A stretch of DNA of 64,000 nucleotides from Candidatus Parachristensenella avicola (GTDB lineage Bacteria > Bacillota > Clostridia > Christensenellales > UMGS416): NCBI GenBank assembly GCA_904420205.1, contig CAJFUN010000028.1, forward strand, positions 4,568-68,567, in the 5' to 3' direction. The notes beneath the pieces were generated by a model, which made no database searches, was not told the DNA's origin, and was given only the letters and a program-made list of their open reading frames with translations. Shown in pieces: positions 54,509 to 64,000 of this stretch; positions within the stretch are counted from its first letter, which is position 1; each line of letters opens with the position of its first letter. The translations under genes and the position numbers were made by a program.

Positions 54509-55486
54509 TCATGGATCTAACAGTTCGTCCAGCTCAAACCATCGGTCGGTGATCCAGCCTATCTCATCCCGGAACCGGGCGACCTTGGGAGACACCGATC
54601 CGAACAGCTTGGGCTGCATCCACCAGGGGAATTCCAGGCACCAGACAAGGCGCAGCGCATCGGCCGGTGACGGCGCCGGGCGCACCCGCCCATAGCCTTC
54701 CAGAAAGGCGCAGACTTTTTCCATCGCCAGCGCTCCATCCACCAAAGCGAAGGACAGCAGCGCCCGGCCCACGTCATGGCACAGGTATCCATACTGGTTG
54801 CGGTCAAAATCGAGAAGCGACAACACGCCCTTTTCGTTAAAAAGCATATTGTCCGGCGTAAAGTCCTCATGGGACAGCCCCATGGGCAGCCGGTCAAAAA
54901 AGGCCGGCTCCAGCGATTTCAGGATGTTCTTTGAAGCGGCCATGGCCCGGGACAGAGCCGCTGGGCCGCTCTCTGCCCCTTGATTGGATTCATAGAAGGC
55001 CCAAAGCCCATCCAGTATCCGGCGGCCGCCAAGCGGCGGGTAGCCCCGCGCCCCTTGGACGGGCATCGCCTCAAGGGCCTGCTGCATCCGCCCGCAGATC
55101 ACGCCCAGGCTATATAGCTGGCCGGTTGTAACCGTCTCCCAGCTTTCCTGGCGTCCTGGAGAAAAATCCATGACCATATAGCAGGTAGCGTCATCCAGCC
55201 TGCGCAGGATCGAATCCCCGGCCTTCCAGATATGGGGGCAGGGGATGCCCGCCTCCTCCAGCAAAAGCTGCCGCCCAAGGGACGCTTCGACCTCGTCAAG
55301 CTGCTGCGGCCCAAAGCGCTCGACGCTATACTGCTTGACCAGCACCGGGCCCCTGGGGCCCTGGAGCTTCCATTTCCTGTTCAGCCAGCCACCTTCCACC
55401 GGTACGGCGCCTGCCGCATCGAGCCCATAGCTTGTCCAAAGATCGCTGGCTATGGATCCGGCTATGGCTGTTTCTGCGCCCGTCAT
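54509..55486 (-). CDS. phosphotransferase-family kinase (APH / homoserine-kinase-II-like)
   Basis: Catalytic loop SHEDFTPDNMLF (HxDxxxxN) and LLDFD. Confidence 0.7.
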   Translation of the reverse strand: MTGAETAIAGSIASDLWTSYGLDAAGAVPVEGGWLNRKWKLQGPRGPVLVKQYSVERFGPQQLDEVEASLGRQLLLEEAGIPCPHIWKAGDSILRRLDDATCYMVMDFSPGRQESWETVTTGQLYSLGVICGRMQQALEAMPVQGARGYPPLGGRRILDGLWAFYESNQGAESGPAALSRAMAASKNILKSLEPAFFDRLPMGLSHEDFTPDNMLFNEKGVLSLLDFDRNQYGYLCHDVGRALLSFALVDGALAMEKVCAFLEGYGRVRPAPSPADALRLVWCLEFPWWMQPKLFGSVSPKVARFRDEIGWITDRWFELDELLDP

Positions 55487-56508
55487 CCCAGATAGGCCTT
55501 CAGCAGTTCAAAGGTATTGCGCACGCCGTCGATATGGGCGCGCTCGTAGCCGTGGGACGCATAGACGCCGGGGCCAATCTGCCCATGGCGCGCTTCCACC
55601 CCAGCGGCCATGGCCATATCGGCATCCGAGCTATAGCTATAGAATACATCCACCGCATAATCCACACCCTTCGCCTGCGCAGCCGATACCAGGCCCTGCA
55701 CTACGTCATAGTGATAGGGCCCCCGCAAATCCTTGGCGCAGATCGATACCTGCCGTTCGGTGCAGGCCAAGCCTTGCCCCACGCAGCCCATATCCACGGA
55801 GAGGATCTCTTCCACATCTGCCGGGATACCGGAGCAAGCGCCATGCCCCACCTCTTCAAATACGGTTACATACTGATACAGCGCGCGGCTGGGCCTGATC
55901 TGCTCGGTTTTAAGATATTTGGCATATGCCAGCAGAATGGCGACGCATAGCTTATCATCCAGGAACCGGCTTTTGATATATCCCGATTCGCCGATACGGG
56001 TACGCGGATCCAGGCACACAAAGCAGCCGTTATCGATCCCCAGGGCATTGACCGCATCCTTGGATGCGGCATCGCAATCCAATACGACTTCGACCGTCGT
56101 AAAGGTGCGGGCCGTATCCTGATAGGTTAAATTCACATGGGTGGAGGCATTGATTAGCTGGATCGTTCCCTCTACCACACGGCCGTTCCGGGCATAAACC
56201 CGGCAGTTCTCCGTCTCCACATTATTGGCGTTCAACCCGCCCAGGGGCACAACGCGCAGGCGTCCATCCGCCTTAACCTCCGCCACCATGGCGCCCAGCG
56301 TGTCGCCATGGGCCAGCATCATGGTTCCGGGGCCCTCGCCGCCCAAATAAACGGTGACACCGCCTTTTTTCGTTTTAACCGGGTCGTAGCCCAGGCGGCG
56401 GTACTCCTCCATCACATAGTCGGTCATGGCCCCAGTCATCCCCGTGGGGCTGTCGATGGCCAGCAGTTTTTGGAGCTGCTCCAGAATGTAGTTAAGATAT
56501 TCCGTCAT
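55483..56508 (-). CDS. M42-family aminopeptidase (FrvX/cellulase-M-like)
   Basis: N-terminal LAIDSPTG.. and AHGDTLG motifs. ATG 56508 has AGGAGG 5 nt upstream (track start 56523). The stop overlaps the kinase start (ATGA). Confidence 0.75.
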   Translation of the reverse strand: MTEYLNYILEQLQKLLAIDSPTGMTGAMTDYVMEEYRRLGYDPVKTKKGGVTVYLGGEGPGTMMLAHGDTLGAMVAEVKADGRLRVVPLGGLNANNVETENCRVYARNGRVVEGTIQLINASTHVNLTYQDTARTFTTVEVVLDCDAASKDAVNALGIDNGCFVCLDPRTRIGESGYIKSRFLDDKLCVAILLAYAKYLKTEQIRPSRALYQYVTVFEEVGHGACSGIPADVEEILSVDMGCVGQGLACTERQVSICAKDLRGPYHYDVVQGLVSAAQAKGVDYAVDVFYSYSSDADMAMAAGVEARHGQIGPGVYASHGYERAHIDGVRNTFELLKAYLG

Positions 56509-56693
56509 AGGTGCCTCCTGCATTTTTTACCAGTGTATCATAAAACATGCCGCCCGGGCAGCACACAAAACCGAAAAAATGGAAAACCTGCAAAAATGCC
56601 TGCAGGGCTTTGCCGCAACCGGTCATAACCCTCCATAGATTTCCAGCCGCAGCAGTCCTATAATGGTATCATCCCCAAAGAAGGAGGCTGCCC

Positions 56694-58022
56694 ATGTTTG
56701 AGAACCAACCCTGGATGCGCGACAGCGACGGACTTGGCTATGAGCTGGCCCAGTGTGCTGAGGAGGGCCGCGATATATCCGGCCTGAAGGAAAAAATCGA
56801 CGCGATCCTGGCTATGCCGGCTGGATCGGAGAAGGAAAAGGCCGCCGGCGATCTGCTGGATGCTACGCTGGCGCTGCCGATCGTGGAGGGATATCCTTAC
56901 TGCGAGCCCACGGAACGGGACGGCATCCAAGCCGAGGCTCCCGGCATCGCCGACATTCCCTTTTCAGGCGACCTGTACGACCGCGTGTACGGCGGCTGGC
57001 TGGGCCGCTGCTGCGGCTGCTTGCTGGGCAAGCCCTACGAGGGATGGCGGCGCGGCAAGATCTATGCCCTGCTAAAGGCAACGGAGAACTTCCCGCCTAC
57101 AGGATATACGTCCTCCCAGGGCAAGGAGGACGTATTCGCCTCCCTGGAGGCCGATCCCAAGGCATGCTGGATCAACAACGTAGCCTATATGCCCGAGGAT
57201 GACGATACCAACTATACGCTGATCGCCCTGAAGCTGATGGAGCGCTGCGGCCGCAGCTTCACCAGCGTAGATATGGCCGATACCTGGCTGCGGGATCTAC
57301 CCTATTTTCATCTGTGCACGGCCGAGCGGGTGGGCTACCGCAACCTGGTAAACCTGCATGAGCCGCCGGAGTCGGGCAGCTACCGCAACTCATACCGGGA
57401 GTGGATCGGCGCCCAGATCCGTGGGGATCTGTTCGGCTATATCAATCCCGGCCGCATGGCAGAGGCCGCCGATATGGCCTGGCGGGACGCGGTGATGACC
57501 CATGTCAAAAACGGCGTCTATGGGGAAATGATGATAGCCGCCATGATTGCCGCTGCCTATACCACCACGGATATCCGCTCGATCATCCGCGCTGGCCTGG
57601 CGGTCATCCCCCGCCGCTGCCGCCTGGCGGCCGCCGTGGAGGAAGCCTTGGGCTGGGCAGACCAGGGGCTTACTGACATGCAGGCCTTGGACCGCATCCA
57701 CGAAAAGTGGGATGAGGCCAACGGCCATGACTGGTGTCATACCATTTCCAACGCCGTCATCTGCGTCGTTGCGCTGGTTTACGGCGGAGGCGACTTCACC
57801 CGCACGCTGTCCATCTCCCTGATGGGGGCGCTGGATACCGACTGTAACGCCGCTACGGTAGGCTCGATTCTAGGCGTCATGCTGGGCGCCAAAGCGCTGC
57901 CCGCTTCCTGGACCGCTCCCCTGCAGGATACGCTGCTCTCCGGCGTCGACGGCTTCGGCCGGGTAAAGATCTCTGATATGGCCCGGCGCACGCTGGCTTT
58001 CTGCCCATCCGTTTCTCGTTGA
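56694..58022 (+). CDS. ADP-ribosylglycohydrolase family protein
   Basis: 442 aa. EDDDTNYT and C-terminal GALDTDCNAATVGS metal-site motifs. GAAGGAGG RBS. Confidence 0.75.
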   Translation: MFENQPWMRDSDGLGYELAQCAEEGRDISGLKEKIDAILAMPAGSEKEKAAGDLLDATLALPIVEGYPYCEPTERDGIQAEAPGIADIPFSGDLYDRVYGGWLGRCCGCLLGKPYEGWRRGKIYALLKATENFPPTGYTSSQGKEDVFASLEADPKACWINNVAYMPEDDDTNYTLIALKLMERCGRSFTSVDMADTWLRDLPYFHLCTAERVGYRNLVNLHEPPESGSYRNSYREWIGAQIRGDLFGYINPGRMAEAADMAWRDAVMTHVKNGVYGEMMIAAMIAAAYTTTDIRSIIRAGLAVIPRRCRLAAAVEEALGWADQGLTDMQALDRIHEKWDEANGHDWCHTISNAVICVVALVYGGGDFTRTLSISLMGALDTDCNAATVGSILGVMLGAKALPASWTAPLQDTLLSGVDGFGRVKISDMARRTLAFCPSVSR

Positions 58023-58035
58023 CATTTATATAAAA

Positions 58036-58076
58036 AACCGGCACGAACCCATACTTGCGGTTCGCGCCGGTTTTTT
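58036..58076 (+). terminator. intrinsic terminator
   Basis: 14-bp stem with one mismatch (aaccggcacgaacc / ggttcgcgccggtt) followed by T6. Confidence 0.8.
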
Positions 58077-58249
58077 CTTATGCACAATTGGTGCACCTCC
58101 ATGTTTTATTTTTTCCCCGCCGCGTCTTAGCCCCGATTTTTTCTTGTCACTACCACAATAAGCAATTTCCGTATATACATTGATCCGCTATGGAATTATA
58201 TACTAAAAGTGTCGAGAAATCCGCAAATCGTCGATAGGGAGGGATTGAT

Positions 58250-60082
58250 ATGCGAAAAATTCTAATCGCGTATTGGCTGAGCTGTATCCTTTTCTTCTGC
58301 AGCGCCTGCCAGCAGAATCCTGGCACGCCGCTGGCCGCTTCATCCCCATCCGAACCTGTCCTGGAGCAGGTTGCGCCCAGCTGGCAGACGCATACCGATC
58401 CCGTTACGCTGACGCTGGCCAGCGACCATCATTTTTCCGGAACGGATTCCGGCTATCCGCAATGGGGGGAAGATCCCGTATCCCGACGGATCATCGACCT
58501 GACCGGCGTAAAAATCGAGCTTCAAATTGGAGCCGACGACTGGGCGGCGCTGGCTGCAGGCAGTCACGATGCCGCCGAAGATACCGATGAGCAAACGCAA
58601 CAAACACAAAGCAGCTATATGGATTTGTTGCAGGCTGCCGGGAGCGTCCCCGACCTTATCTATATCAGCGGCAAGGCGGACATCCAGCGGCTTTCCGACA
58701 GCGCCTACAGCCAGCCCCTGGACGTACTGGCCGCTGAGCATTGCCCCGAATTCTGGGACAGCCTGGATCCTCTGGAAATTCTCAACAACCAGCAGGAGGA
58801 TGGGCATGTCTACGCCTTACCCAAGGGCTATTACACCCAGCAGGTATATGACGACCCGCAGATCCCCATCAAGGTTCCTCGCACCCTGAGCCTGCGCCAG
58901 GATATTCTGGATAAGCTGGGCGCATCCCTTCCCACCTCCATCGAGGCCTTGGAAGCCCTGCTTTATCAGGTAAAGGATCAGGGACAGCCGCTGGGTATCC
59001 AGCATCCGCTGCGCCAGCTCAATGCCACTGCCTCGCCCCTGGCCGAATGGATGGGCGTAAAGCGCTACGTCTATTGGGATCCGGAAGCCCGCTCCATCAA
59101 GACGCCCCTGCGCCAAGAGGCGTGGCTACCTTACTTTTTGCGCATGAACCAATGGTACCGCGACGGCATACTTTACCTCCCGGAGCAGGAGCTTCCCTGG
59201 CGAAGAGGCGTAGGGGATCGTTTTGACGTAATTGGCTTCTTCTCCGACACCACCTTCGGCAGCTTTGCCACGGCCGCGGATTCTTTAGCGCCCCCTTATG
59301 AAGCGCTTTATCTCATGCGGCCCAAGGCTTCCGACGACGACTTTGCCCATGTCCTGCTCAGCACGCCGCTCACCTATGAAGGGGAAATCCGCCTGCAGGC
59401 CGCCGATACTGCCATCGGCTATCCCGACGGGCATTCCGATCAGAGCGCGCTGTTTATCTCCACCTCCTGCGTCCGGGCCGACCGCGCCATCTGCTTTATG
59501 CAATACCTAAAGAGCCAGGAGGGCGCCCAGCTCACCCACTGGGGTATCCGGGATGAACACTACGCGCTGGACGAAGACGGCAATATTACCTATCTAGAAG
59601 CATACCGGTATCCTTCTGAAGTCATTAACGATATCGGCTTGTTAACCAGTATGAATCGAAAGGGCCTGGATTACTGGACGCTGATGGACAACAGCCTGGT
59701 GACCGGCAGGCTCAATGCTTCCCCCACCGCCTACTGCACCAACCTTGACCTGCTAAAGATGCGCCGGATGGAAATCGAGGCCGGTGTCAACTATAAAACC
59801 TACGCTGCCCAGAACAAGGTGCCCGCCCTCTATTTTGCCGAACCCCATGAAGGGGACGCCGGTTACGACGAATACCTCGCTCTGCTGGATACCTGGCATC
59901 ATGCCGCCTGGGAGATGGTCACCGCACCCTCATCCCAGCAGGTGGAGTCGCTCTGGGCCCAGCTTATGCAGAACCTCTCCACCGCCGGCCTCGACGCCAT
60001 GGAGTCCGCTATGACCGCCCGCTTTGCCGATGCACTGGAGCGCTACCACGCCGCCGGCTATTTTACCGATATCCAGCCCTAA
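58250..60082 (+). CDS. large ABC-type solute-binding lipoprotein (LplA/YtcQ-like), paralogue 1
   Basis: 610 aa. Signal peptide + Cys (FFCSAC). PVTLTLAS..YPQWGEDPVSRRIIDLTGVKIEL resembles large family-1 SBPs as I recall them. Confidence 0.55.
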   Translation: MRKILIAYWLSCILFFCSACQQNPGTPLAASSPSEPVLEQVAPSWQTHTDPVTLTLASDHHFSGTDSGYPQWGEDPVSRRIIDLTGVKIELQIGADDWAALAAGSHDAAEDTDEQTQQTQSSYMDLLQAAGSVPDLIYISGKADIQRLSDSAYSQPLDVLAAEHCPEFWDSLDPLEILNNQQEDGHVYALPKGYYTQQVYDDPQIPIKVPRTLSLRQDILDKLGASLPTSIEALEALLYQVKDQGQPLGIQHPLRQLNATASPLAEWMGVKRYVYWDPEARSIKTPLRQEAWLPYFLRMNQWYRDGILYLPEQELPWRRGVGDRFDVIGFFSDTTFGSFATAADSLAPPYEALYLMRPKASDDDFAHVLLSTPLTYEGEIRLQAADTAIGYPDGHSDQSALFISTSCVRADRAICFMQYLKSQEGAQLTHWGIRDEHYALDEDGNITYLEAYRYPSEVINDIGLLTSMNRKGLDYWTLMDNSLVTGRLNASPTAYCTNLDLLKMRRMEIEAGVNYKTYAAQNKVPALYFAEPHEGDAGYDEYLALLDTWHHAAWEMVTAPSSQQVESLWAQLMQNLSTAGLDAMESAMTARFADALERYHAAGYFTDIQP

Positions 60083-60117
60083 CCGCTATCCTTTATATAT
60101 TTATTAATTACGATTGT

Positions 60118-60165
60118 AAACAACGGCCTATCATGGGATTATATATGCCAAATAGGCCGTTGTTT
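60118..60165 (+). terminator. hairpin terminator between the two paralogues
   Basis: 14-bp stem aaacaacggcctat / ataggccgttgttt with a 20-nt loop, followed by gttta. Confidence 0.6.
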
Positions 60166-60244
60166 GTTTATGTATATTTTTCTCGATTTTTATCTATAAA
60201 TCTTGTATACTGAACATATCCTAAATGGAAGGAAGTGTCTGGTT

Positions 60245-62017
60245 ATGTGTATGAAGCGCTTGTATACCGCCATTTGGAGTGTCGCCCTGATTTTAATGAT
60301 GACCAGCTGTACCCCTGCTACGCCCGCCATGACTGAAAGCGGGACAGCGCTCCCCACAGGTGCGGAGCCCGATCGGTTGTCCAGCGCCGAACCCGTCACC
60401 CTCACGCTTTCTAGCACCCTGCAGCATACCAACGCTGACAGCGCCTATCCGGCCTGGGCCGAAGATGCCATCTCCCGGCGCATCGCGGATATGACCGGTG
60501 TTCAGCTTGTACTCGAGCTGGGAAACGAAACCGAAAGCACCCACTTTGACGCAGGCGGCATGCTGCAGGTCATGCTCTCCTCCGGCGACCTGTCCGATCT
60601 TATCTTTGTGCGGCAGCAAAAGGATATTGACCGGCTTTCCGACAGCGCCTACAGCCAGCCCTTGGACGTGCTGGCCGCTGAGCATTGCCCCGAATTCTGG
60701 GACAGCTTAGATCCCCTAGAAATTCTCAACAACCAGCAGGAGGATGGGCATGTCTACGCCTTGCCCAAGGGCTATTACACCCAGCAGGTATACGATGACC
60801 CGCAGATCCCCATCGAGGTTCCCCGCACCCTCTATCTCCGGCGTGACCTGCTGCAGCGGCTAGGCCGGGAAATGCCCGCCTCCGTGGAAGAGCTGGAATC
60901 GCTGCTCTATCAGGTGAAGGATCAAGCACAATCGCTGGGTATCCAGTATCCGCTGCGCCAGATCAATGCCGTCTCTTCCCCCCTGGCCGAATGGATGGGC
61001 GTAAAGCGCTACGTCTATTGGGATGCAGAGGCCCGCTCTGTCAAGACGCCCCTGCGCCAAGACGCGTGGCTCCCCTACTTTCTACGTATGAACCAATGGT
61101 ACCGCGATGGGGTGCTGGCCTTGCCCGATGTAGAAGCGCCTTGGCGTTCCGGCTCCGATGAAAGCCTAGGGCCTGTGATTGACTATTTCGAGGAAACCAC
61201 AGCCTATAGCTTTGCCACAGCCGCTGATGAGATCTTGCCAGCCGCGTCTTCCATGTACGTGCTGGACGAGGATCCTACCACACCCTTTGCCCATGCCTAT
61301 GTGACAGCCCCTTTGACCTATGAGGGTGAGGTGCGGCTCCAGGCAGCCGATACCGCTATTGGAGGGCAAGTCGATCAGGGCGCGCTCTTCATCTCCACCT
61401 CCTGCGTCCGGGCCGATCGCGCCATCTGCTTTATGCAATACCTAAAGAGCCAGGAGGGCGCCCAGCTCACCCACTGGGGTGTCCAGGACGAGCACTACAC
61501 CCTGGACGAAGACGGGTTTGTCACCTTTACGGCTGATTACGCTTATCCCCAGCAGATGGTGGATGATATGGGATTTATGAGTTCCGTCAAAAAAGCTGGC
61601 GTAGATTACTGGACGCTGATGGACAACAGCCTGGTGACCGGCAGGCTCAATGCTTCCCCCACCGCCTACTGCACCAACCCCGACCTGCTGGAAATCCGGA
61701 AAATGAAGATTGAGGCCGGCGTCAACTATAAAGCCTACGCTGCCCAGAACAAGGTGCCCGCCCTCTATTTTGCCGAGCCCCATGAAGGGGACGCCGGTTA
61801 CGACGAATACCTCGCTCTGCTGGATACCTGGCATCATGCCGCCTGGGAGATGGTCACCGCTCCCTCATCCCAGCAGGTGGAGTCGCTCTGGGCCCAGCTT
61901 ATGCAGGACCTCTCCACCGCCGGCCTCGACGCCATGGAATCCGCTATGACCGCCCGCTTTGCCGACGCGCTGGAGCGCTACCACGCCGCCGGCTATTTTA
62001 CCGATATCCAGCCCTAA
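60245..62017 (+). CDS. large ABC-type solute-binding lipoprotein, paralogue 2
   Basis: Lipobox LMMTSC. The start is uncertain (60245 or 60251; track 60203). Long stretches are about 95% identical at the DNA level to paralogue 1. Confidence 0.55.
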   Translation: MCMKRLYTAIWSVALILMMTSCTPATPAMTESGTALPTGAEPDRLSSAEPVTLTLSSTLQHTNADSAYPAWAEDAISRRIADMTGVQLVLELGNETESTHFDAGGMLQVMLSSGDLSDLIFVRQQKDIDRLSDSAYSQPLDVLAAEHCPEFWDSLDPLEILNNQQEDGHVYALPKGYYTQQVYDDPQIPIEVPRTLYLRRDLLQRLGREMPASVEELESLLYQVKDQAQSLGIQYPLRQINAVSSPLAEWMGVKRYVYWDAEARSVKTPLRQDAWLPYFLRMNQWYRDGVLALPDVEAPWRSGSDESLGPVIDYFEETTAYSFATAADEILPAASSMYVLDEDPTTPFAHAYVTAPLTYEGEVRLQAADTAIGGQVDQGALFISTSCVRADRAICFMQYLKSQEGAQLTHWGVQDEHYTLDEDGFVTFTADYAYPQQMVDDMGFMSSVKKAGVDYWTLMDNSLVTGRLNASPTAYCTNPDLLEIRKMKIEAGVNYKAYAAQNKVPALYFAEPHEGDAGYDEYLALLDTWHHAAWEMVTAPSSQQVESLWAQLMQDLSTAGLDAMESAMTARFADALERYHAAGYFTDIQP

Positions 62018-62088
62018 AAGGGAACCGCTTGCTTGGAGGGGCCGTCCAATCCATGTCGGGTTTTGCCCGCAAAAGGAGAGGATTTGAG

Positions 62089-62787
62089 ATGAAAAAAGCA
62101 TCGGTAGCATTGGCTCTGCTGCTGGGCCTCATCCTGACGGCTTCCGGTTGCACGCCAGCAGTGCAGAGCCAAAAAGGCGACGACTTCGCGGTAAAATCCA
62201 GCCTTACGCTTAGCCAAAAGATGGGAAAGCTAGCGGATTCATCGGAATACGTTAAGCTCTTTACTTCCAGCGATACGATCGTATCCGAAGCCGACGAGCT
62301 GTCCGCTATGGATCTGTCCAACCCCAGCCGTGCTCAGATCATCACCCTGCCGGAGCAGTCCCTTAGCCAGCTGATGGATCAGCTGGCCCAGGCAGCTTCG
62401 CTCCCTCAGGACGAAACGGTCAGGGGGCTGCTGGCCCGCAGGCTTGCGGCATCGGCGCCTAATGTGATCAATGGCCAGGCTGGCGCCACGTGGTTGGCCA
62501 CAACCAGCGTGCTGACCGTCAGCGAGACCTTTTCACGCATTGACATGACCGACATCACCTATGTAATTCTTTACTATGAGGGCGCGCCCGCCGCAACGCT
62601 CACCGTCTTAATGCCCGACGGCGATTTTATCCAGGCCTCCACTACCTACGTTAAGACCGAAACGCTGGAAAGCGCCCAGCTGATCGCGCAGCTGGTTTCC
62701 GCCTTTCCAGAGGCCTCCGGCCTGGATACCAGCGCCATACAGACCCGCGAGCTTACCCAAGATGACCTGGATACGCTGCTGGCTTAG
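62089..62787 (+). CDS. hypothetical lipoprotein
   Basis: ATG 62089 (MKKASVALALLLGLILTASGC) has a GGAGAGGA RBS. 232 aa. Confidence 0.65.
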   Translation: MKKASVALALLLGLILTASGCTPAVQSQKGDDFAVKSSLTLSQKMGKLADSSEYVKLFTSSDTIVSEADELSAMDLSNPSRAQIITLPEQSLSQLMDQLAQAASLPQDETVRGLLARRLAASAPNVINGQAGATWLATTSVLTVSETFSRIDMTDITYVILYYEGAPAATLTVLMPDGDFIQASTTYVKTETLESAQLIAQLVSAFPEASGLDTSAIQTRELTQDDLDTLLA

Positions 62788-62809
62788 CCACCGCCGAGAA
62801 AGCATAGCA

Positions 62810-62849
62810 GGGCCGTCCTACCGATAACGGTAGGACGGCCCTTATTTTA
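62810..62849. terminator. bidirectional terminator between convergent genes
   Basis: Perfect 14-bp stem gggccgtcctaccg / cggtaggacggccc with an ataa loop, followed by ttatttta. Confidence 0.85.
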
Positions 62850-62878
62850 TGCACTTATCTTACGGAAGCAGCTGCGTC

Positions 62879-64000
62879 TTACGCATCCTCCGCTTCCTTC
62901 TGGGGACCGGCAAATTGGCTGTTGTACAATTCATAATAGAATCCGCCCTTAGCCAGCAGCTCGTCATGCGTGCCTTGCTCGATGATATCCCCCTGATTCA
63001 TGACGAAAATCATATCGCTGTCGCGAATCGTCGACAGGCGATGGGCAATCACAAAACTGGTGCGGCCCCGGGTCAGGTTTTCCATGGCTTTTTGGATCAA
63101 AATCTCCGTACGCGTATCTACGCTGGAGGTGGCCTCATCCAGAATCAGGATCGCCGGATCCGACAAAATCGCTCGGGCAATGGTCAAAAGCTGCTTCTGG
63201 CCCTGGGAAATATTGCTGGATTCCTCGTTGAGCACGGTTTGATATCCGTCCGCCAGCGTGGTAATAAAGTGGTGCACATGGGCAGCCTTAGCGGCGGCGT
63301 ATACCTCTTCATCGGTAGCATCCAGCCGCCCGTAGCGCAGGTTCTCCATAATGGTGCCGCCAAAGAGCCAAGTGTCCTGCAGCACCATACCAAAAAGGTT
63401 GCGCAGCTGGTCTCGTTCCATATCCCGAATATCGACACCATCAATCCGGATCGCGCCGCCGGTTACATCGTAGAAGCGCATCAGCAGATTGATAAGCGTT
63501 GTCTTCCCTGCGCCGGTAGGGCCCACGATCGCCACCTTCTGCCCGGCTTTGATATGAACGTCCAGATCGCGGATCAGCGTTTTCTCTGGCACATAGCCGA
63601 ATTGGACGTGATCGAATTCTACGTTCCCCTCCACATGATCCAGGTTGTGGGGATGATCGGTATCCGGCGTCTCTTCCGGCTCATCCAGGAAGGTAAAGAT
63701 CCGGTCGCAGGCGGCCGCAGCCGACTGCATGACGGTAGCGAGGTTCGCTGCCTGGGCGATGGGCTGGTTGAATTGGCGCATATACTGGATAAAGGACTGA
63801 ATCTTGCCTACGGCAAAGCCGGAACTGATGGCCATCAGCGAGCCGGTTACGGCGACGCCCACATACCCCAGGTTGCCGAAGAAATTGACCAGCGGCATCA
63901 GCAGGCCCGAAACGAACTGGCTTTTCCAGCCAAATTCATACAGCTTATCGTTGATTTCATTAAAGGCTCCGGTTGCCTCCTTTTCATGGTTAAAGGCCTT
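62879..64000 (-). CDS. ABC exporter, fused permease/ATPase (3' part; the gene continues past the window edge)
   Basis: Walker A GPTGAGKTT, signature ISQGQKQL, Walker B ILILDEATS. The frame stays open from 63898 to 64000 (..AFNHEKEATGAFNEINDKLYEFGWKSQFVSGLL). Confidence 0.9.
   Translation of the reverse strand, partial: KAFNHEKEATGAFNEINDKLYEFGWKSQFVSGLLMPLVNFFGNLGYVGVAVTGSLMAISSGFAVGKIQSFIQYMRQFNQPIAQAANLATVMQSAAAACDRIFTFLDEPEETPDTDHPHNLDHVEGNVEFDHVQFGYVPEKTLIRDLDVHIKAGQKVAIVGPTGAGKTTLINLLMRFYDVTGGAIRIDGVDIRDMERDQLRNLFGMVLQDTWLFGGTIMENLRYGRLDATDEEVYAAAKAAHVHHFITTLADGYQTVLNEESSNISQGQKQLLTIARAILSDPAILILDEATSSVDTRTEILIQKAMENLTRGRTSFVIAHRLSTIRDSDMIFVMNQGDIIEQGTHDELLAKGGFYYELYNSQFAGPQKEAEDA

Noticed and set aside
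1-64000. Looked for tRNA/rRNA genes, transposases, integrases, phage or toxin-antitoxin modules, restriction-modification systems and cas genes.
   Set aside because: None were recognised by eye. The accessory patches are flagged by composition and repeats only, with no mobility genes in the window.

Overview
The window reads as a roughly 60% GC (by eye) Firmicutes-type chromosome segment. It has strong AGGAGG-like RBSs, many ATGA start/stop overlaps, lipoprotein signal peptides, and Firmicutes-restricted families (a SigI/RsgI pair, DUF1002). It probably comes from a high-GC member of the Clostridia (inference). I can support about 50 protein-coding genes, about 20 intrinsic terminators, a few promoters/operators, two clear gene disruptions plus two weaker gene remnants, and several coding and non-coding repeats. 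I saw no rRNA, tRNA, CRISPR array, transposase, integrase or phage genes. The backbone is saccharolytic and housekeeping: GH42 beta-galactosidase, a GH28-like protein, other GH-like proteins, an SGNH + alpha/beta esterase, a BadF-type sugar kinase, a ManD-like dehydratase + SDR, a FucI-like isomerase, aroQ, a dGTPase-like HD protein, ThpR, and MarR + a heterodimeric ABC exporter. Four lower-GC accessory patches stand out. (1) 49.4-54.5 kb holds two copies of a promoter plus ~190-nt leader in which a small ORF runs through an intrinsic terminator. One copy drives an unknown membrane-anchored protein. The other drives an AT-rich 4-TM protein that is ATGA-coupled to a 932-aa secreted protein ending in ~17 tandem His/Cys modules (H-x3-C-x2-C-x7-H). 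This is my best candidate for an undescribed system. (2) 23.4-28.2 kb is a bacteriocin-like locus: two paralogous small secreted proteins, an internal terminator, a large membrane protein broken by one in-frame TGA, an ABC ATPase and a 6-TM protein. (3) 4.3-7.4 kb is a sigI-rsgI operon in which the anti-sigma factor and the downstream lipoprotein share an Asn-Pro domain and both end in poly-Asp tails of >120 aa. (4) 58.2-62.0 kb holds tandem, mosaic, orphan solute-binding lipoproteins. All functional calls come from motif recognition by eye; no database search or computation was run.
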